Shown here in pieces: positions 63,543 to 64,000 of a stretch of 64,000 bases of DNA (position 1 is the first letter of the stretch; every line of letters starts with the position of its first letter). The notes beneath the pieces were generated by a model. That model did no database searches. It had not been told where the DNA came from and saw nothing but the letters and a program-made list of their open reading frames with translations. A program made the position numbers and the translations under genes. This stretch comes from a virus (taxonomy: Duplodnaviria > Caudoviricetes): positions 1 to 64,000 of the IMG/VR virus record IMGVR_UViG_2856626968_000003. One strand, given 5' to 3'.

Positions 63543-64000
63543 TCTTCCACTCCATGGGGTCGCCGTCGTCCACCAGGTAGGTGACCGAGGTGGGGCGGGT
63601 GCCCTTGCGTACCTCGTAGGGGATCCATCCGCGGACGCACTGGCCGGGCCGGACGCGCCGGTCTCGCGGGTAGAGGGGGACGGAGAAGTGGTCGGCGGAC
63701 CAGGAGGTCGCTGACTCGACCACGGTGCCGTTTTTGTAGGTGAGCGTCCAGGGGCCCCATCCGATGCTGATGGGGGTGGCTGTGACGATGGTCTTAAAGC
63801 AGCGGCGGACTTCAAGGCCGGCGTACTCGTAGCCCGCCCGGTCCGGTGGTACGAGTGCGGGAAGTGGCTGTTTGAATGCGAGGGCTGCGGCTGTGCCGGT
63901 GGAATCGGCGTCGGAGGCGTCGAGGTTTTTCCCGATGGTCGAGGGTGCGCTGCCGTTGGCTTGTGCTGCTTTTTCAGCAGGGGCGGTAACTGTGACGGTG
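63535..64000 (-). CDS. Putative lipoprotein/secreted moron protein (5' end outside the window)
   Basis: Open frame ...PLYP...VRPGQCVRGWIPYEV...; lower GC; opposite strand. Confidence 0.6.
   Translation of the reverse strand, partial: TVTVTAPAEKAAQANGSAPSTIGKNLDASDADSTGTAAALAFKQPLPALVPPDRAGYEYAGLEVRRCFKTIVTATPISIGWGPWTLTYKNGTVVESATSWSADHFSVPLYPRDRRVRPGQCVRGWIPYEVRKGTRPTSVTYLVDDGDPMEWKIR

Larger units (their letters stand above)
1..64000. mobile_element. Actinobacterial temperate phage/prophage region (siphovirus-like); both ends lie outside the window
   Basis: Gene order TerL-portal-MuF-protease-capsid-neck-tail at 45-63.5 kb; overlapping ATGA/GTGA-coupled small phage-type ORFs at 1-15 kb; very high GC. 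Confidence 0.93.

Overview
This is a high-GC actinobacterial temperate phage or prophage segment with siphovirus-like head and tail genes. No integrase, att site or lysis genes fall inside the window. From 1 to 15 kb there is a dense + strand run of small early or accessory genes, including a TerS-like HTH protein, an RNase II/RNB-dsRBD fusion and a Thg1-like polymerase. From 15 to 36 kb there are moron-like cassettes: RhuM, Fic, SDR/MerR, MoxR-AAA plus vWA, a Ro60/TROVE gene, and an XRE-controlled glycosyltransferase-acyltransferase-aldolase-MurA operon with a NUDIX gene. From 37 to 64 kb lie a putative late regulator, receptor-binding-like genes, an intein-containing TerL, portal, MuF, a mobile HNH, an ADP-ribosyltransferase, a very large protease/scaffold protein, capsid, neck and tail genes. 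The most striking non-coding signals are: (1) four tandem Y-RNA-like units directly upstream of Ro60, three with circularly permuted tRNA modules, plus a fifth strand-swapped copy of the Ro-binding motif beside the Ro60 ribosome-binding site; (2) a TTGTCC-N8-GGACAA palindrome occurring as pairs exactly 41 bp apart at four promoters; (3) a 35-bp inverted repeat between divergent genes. All product calls come from motif recognition by eye, with no database searches.
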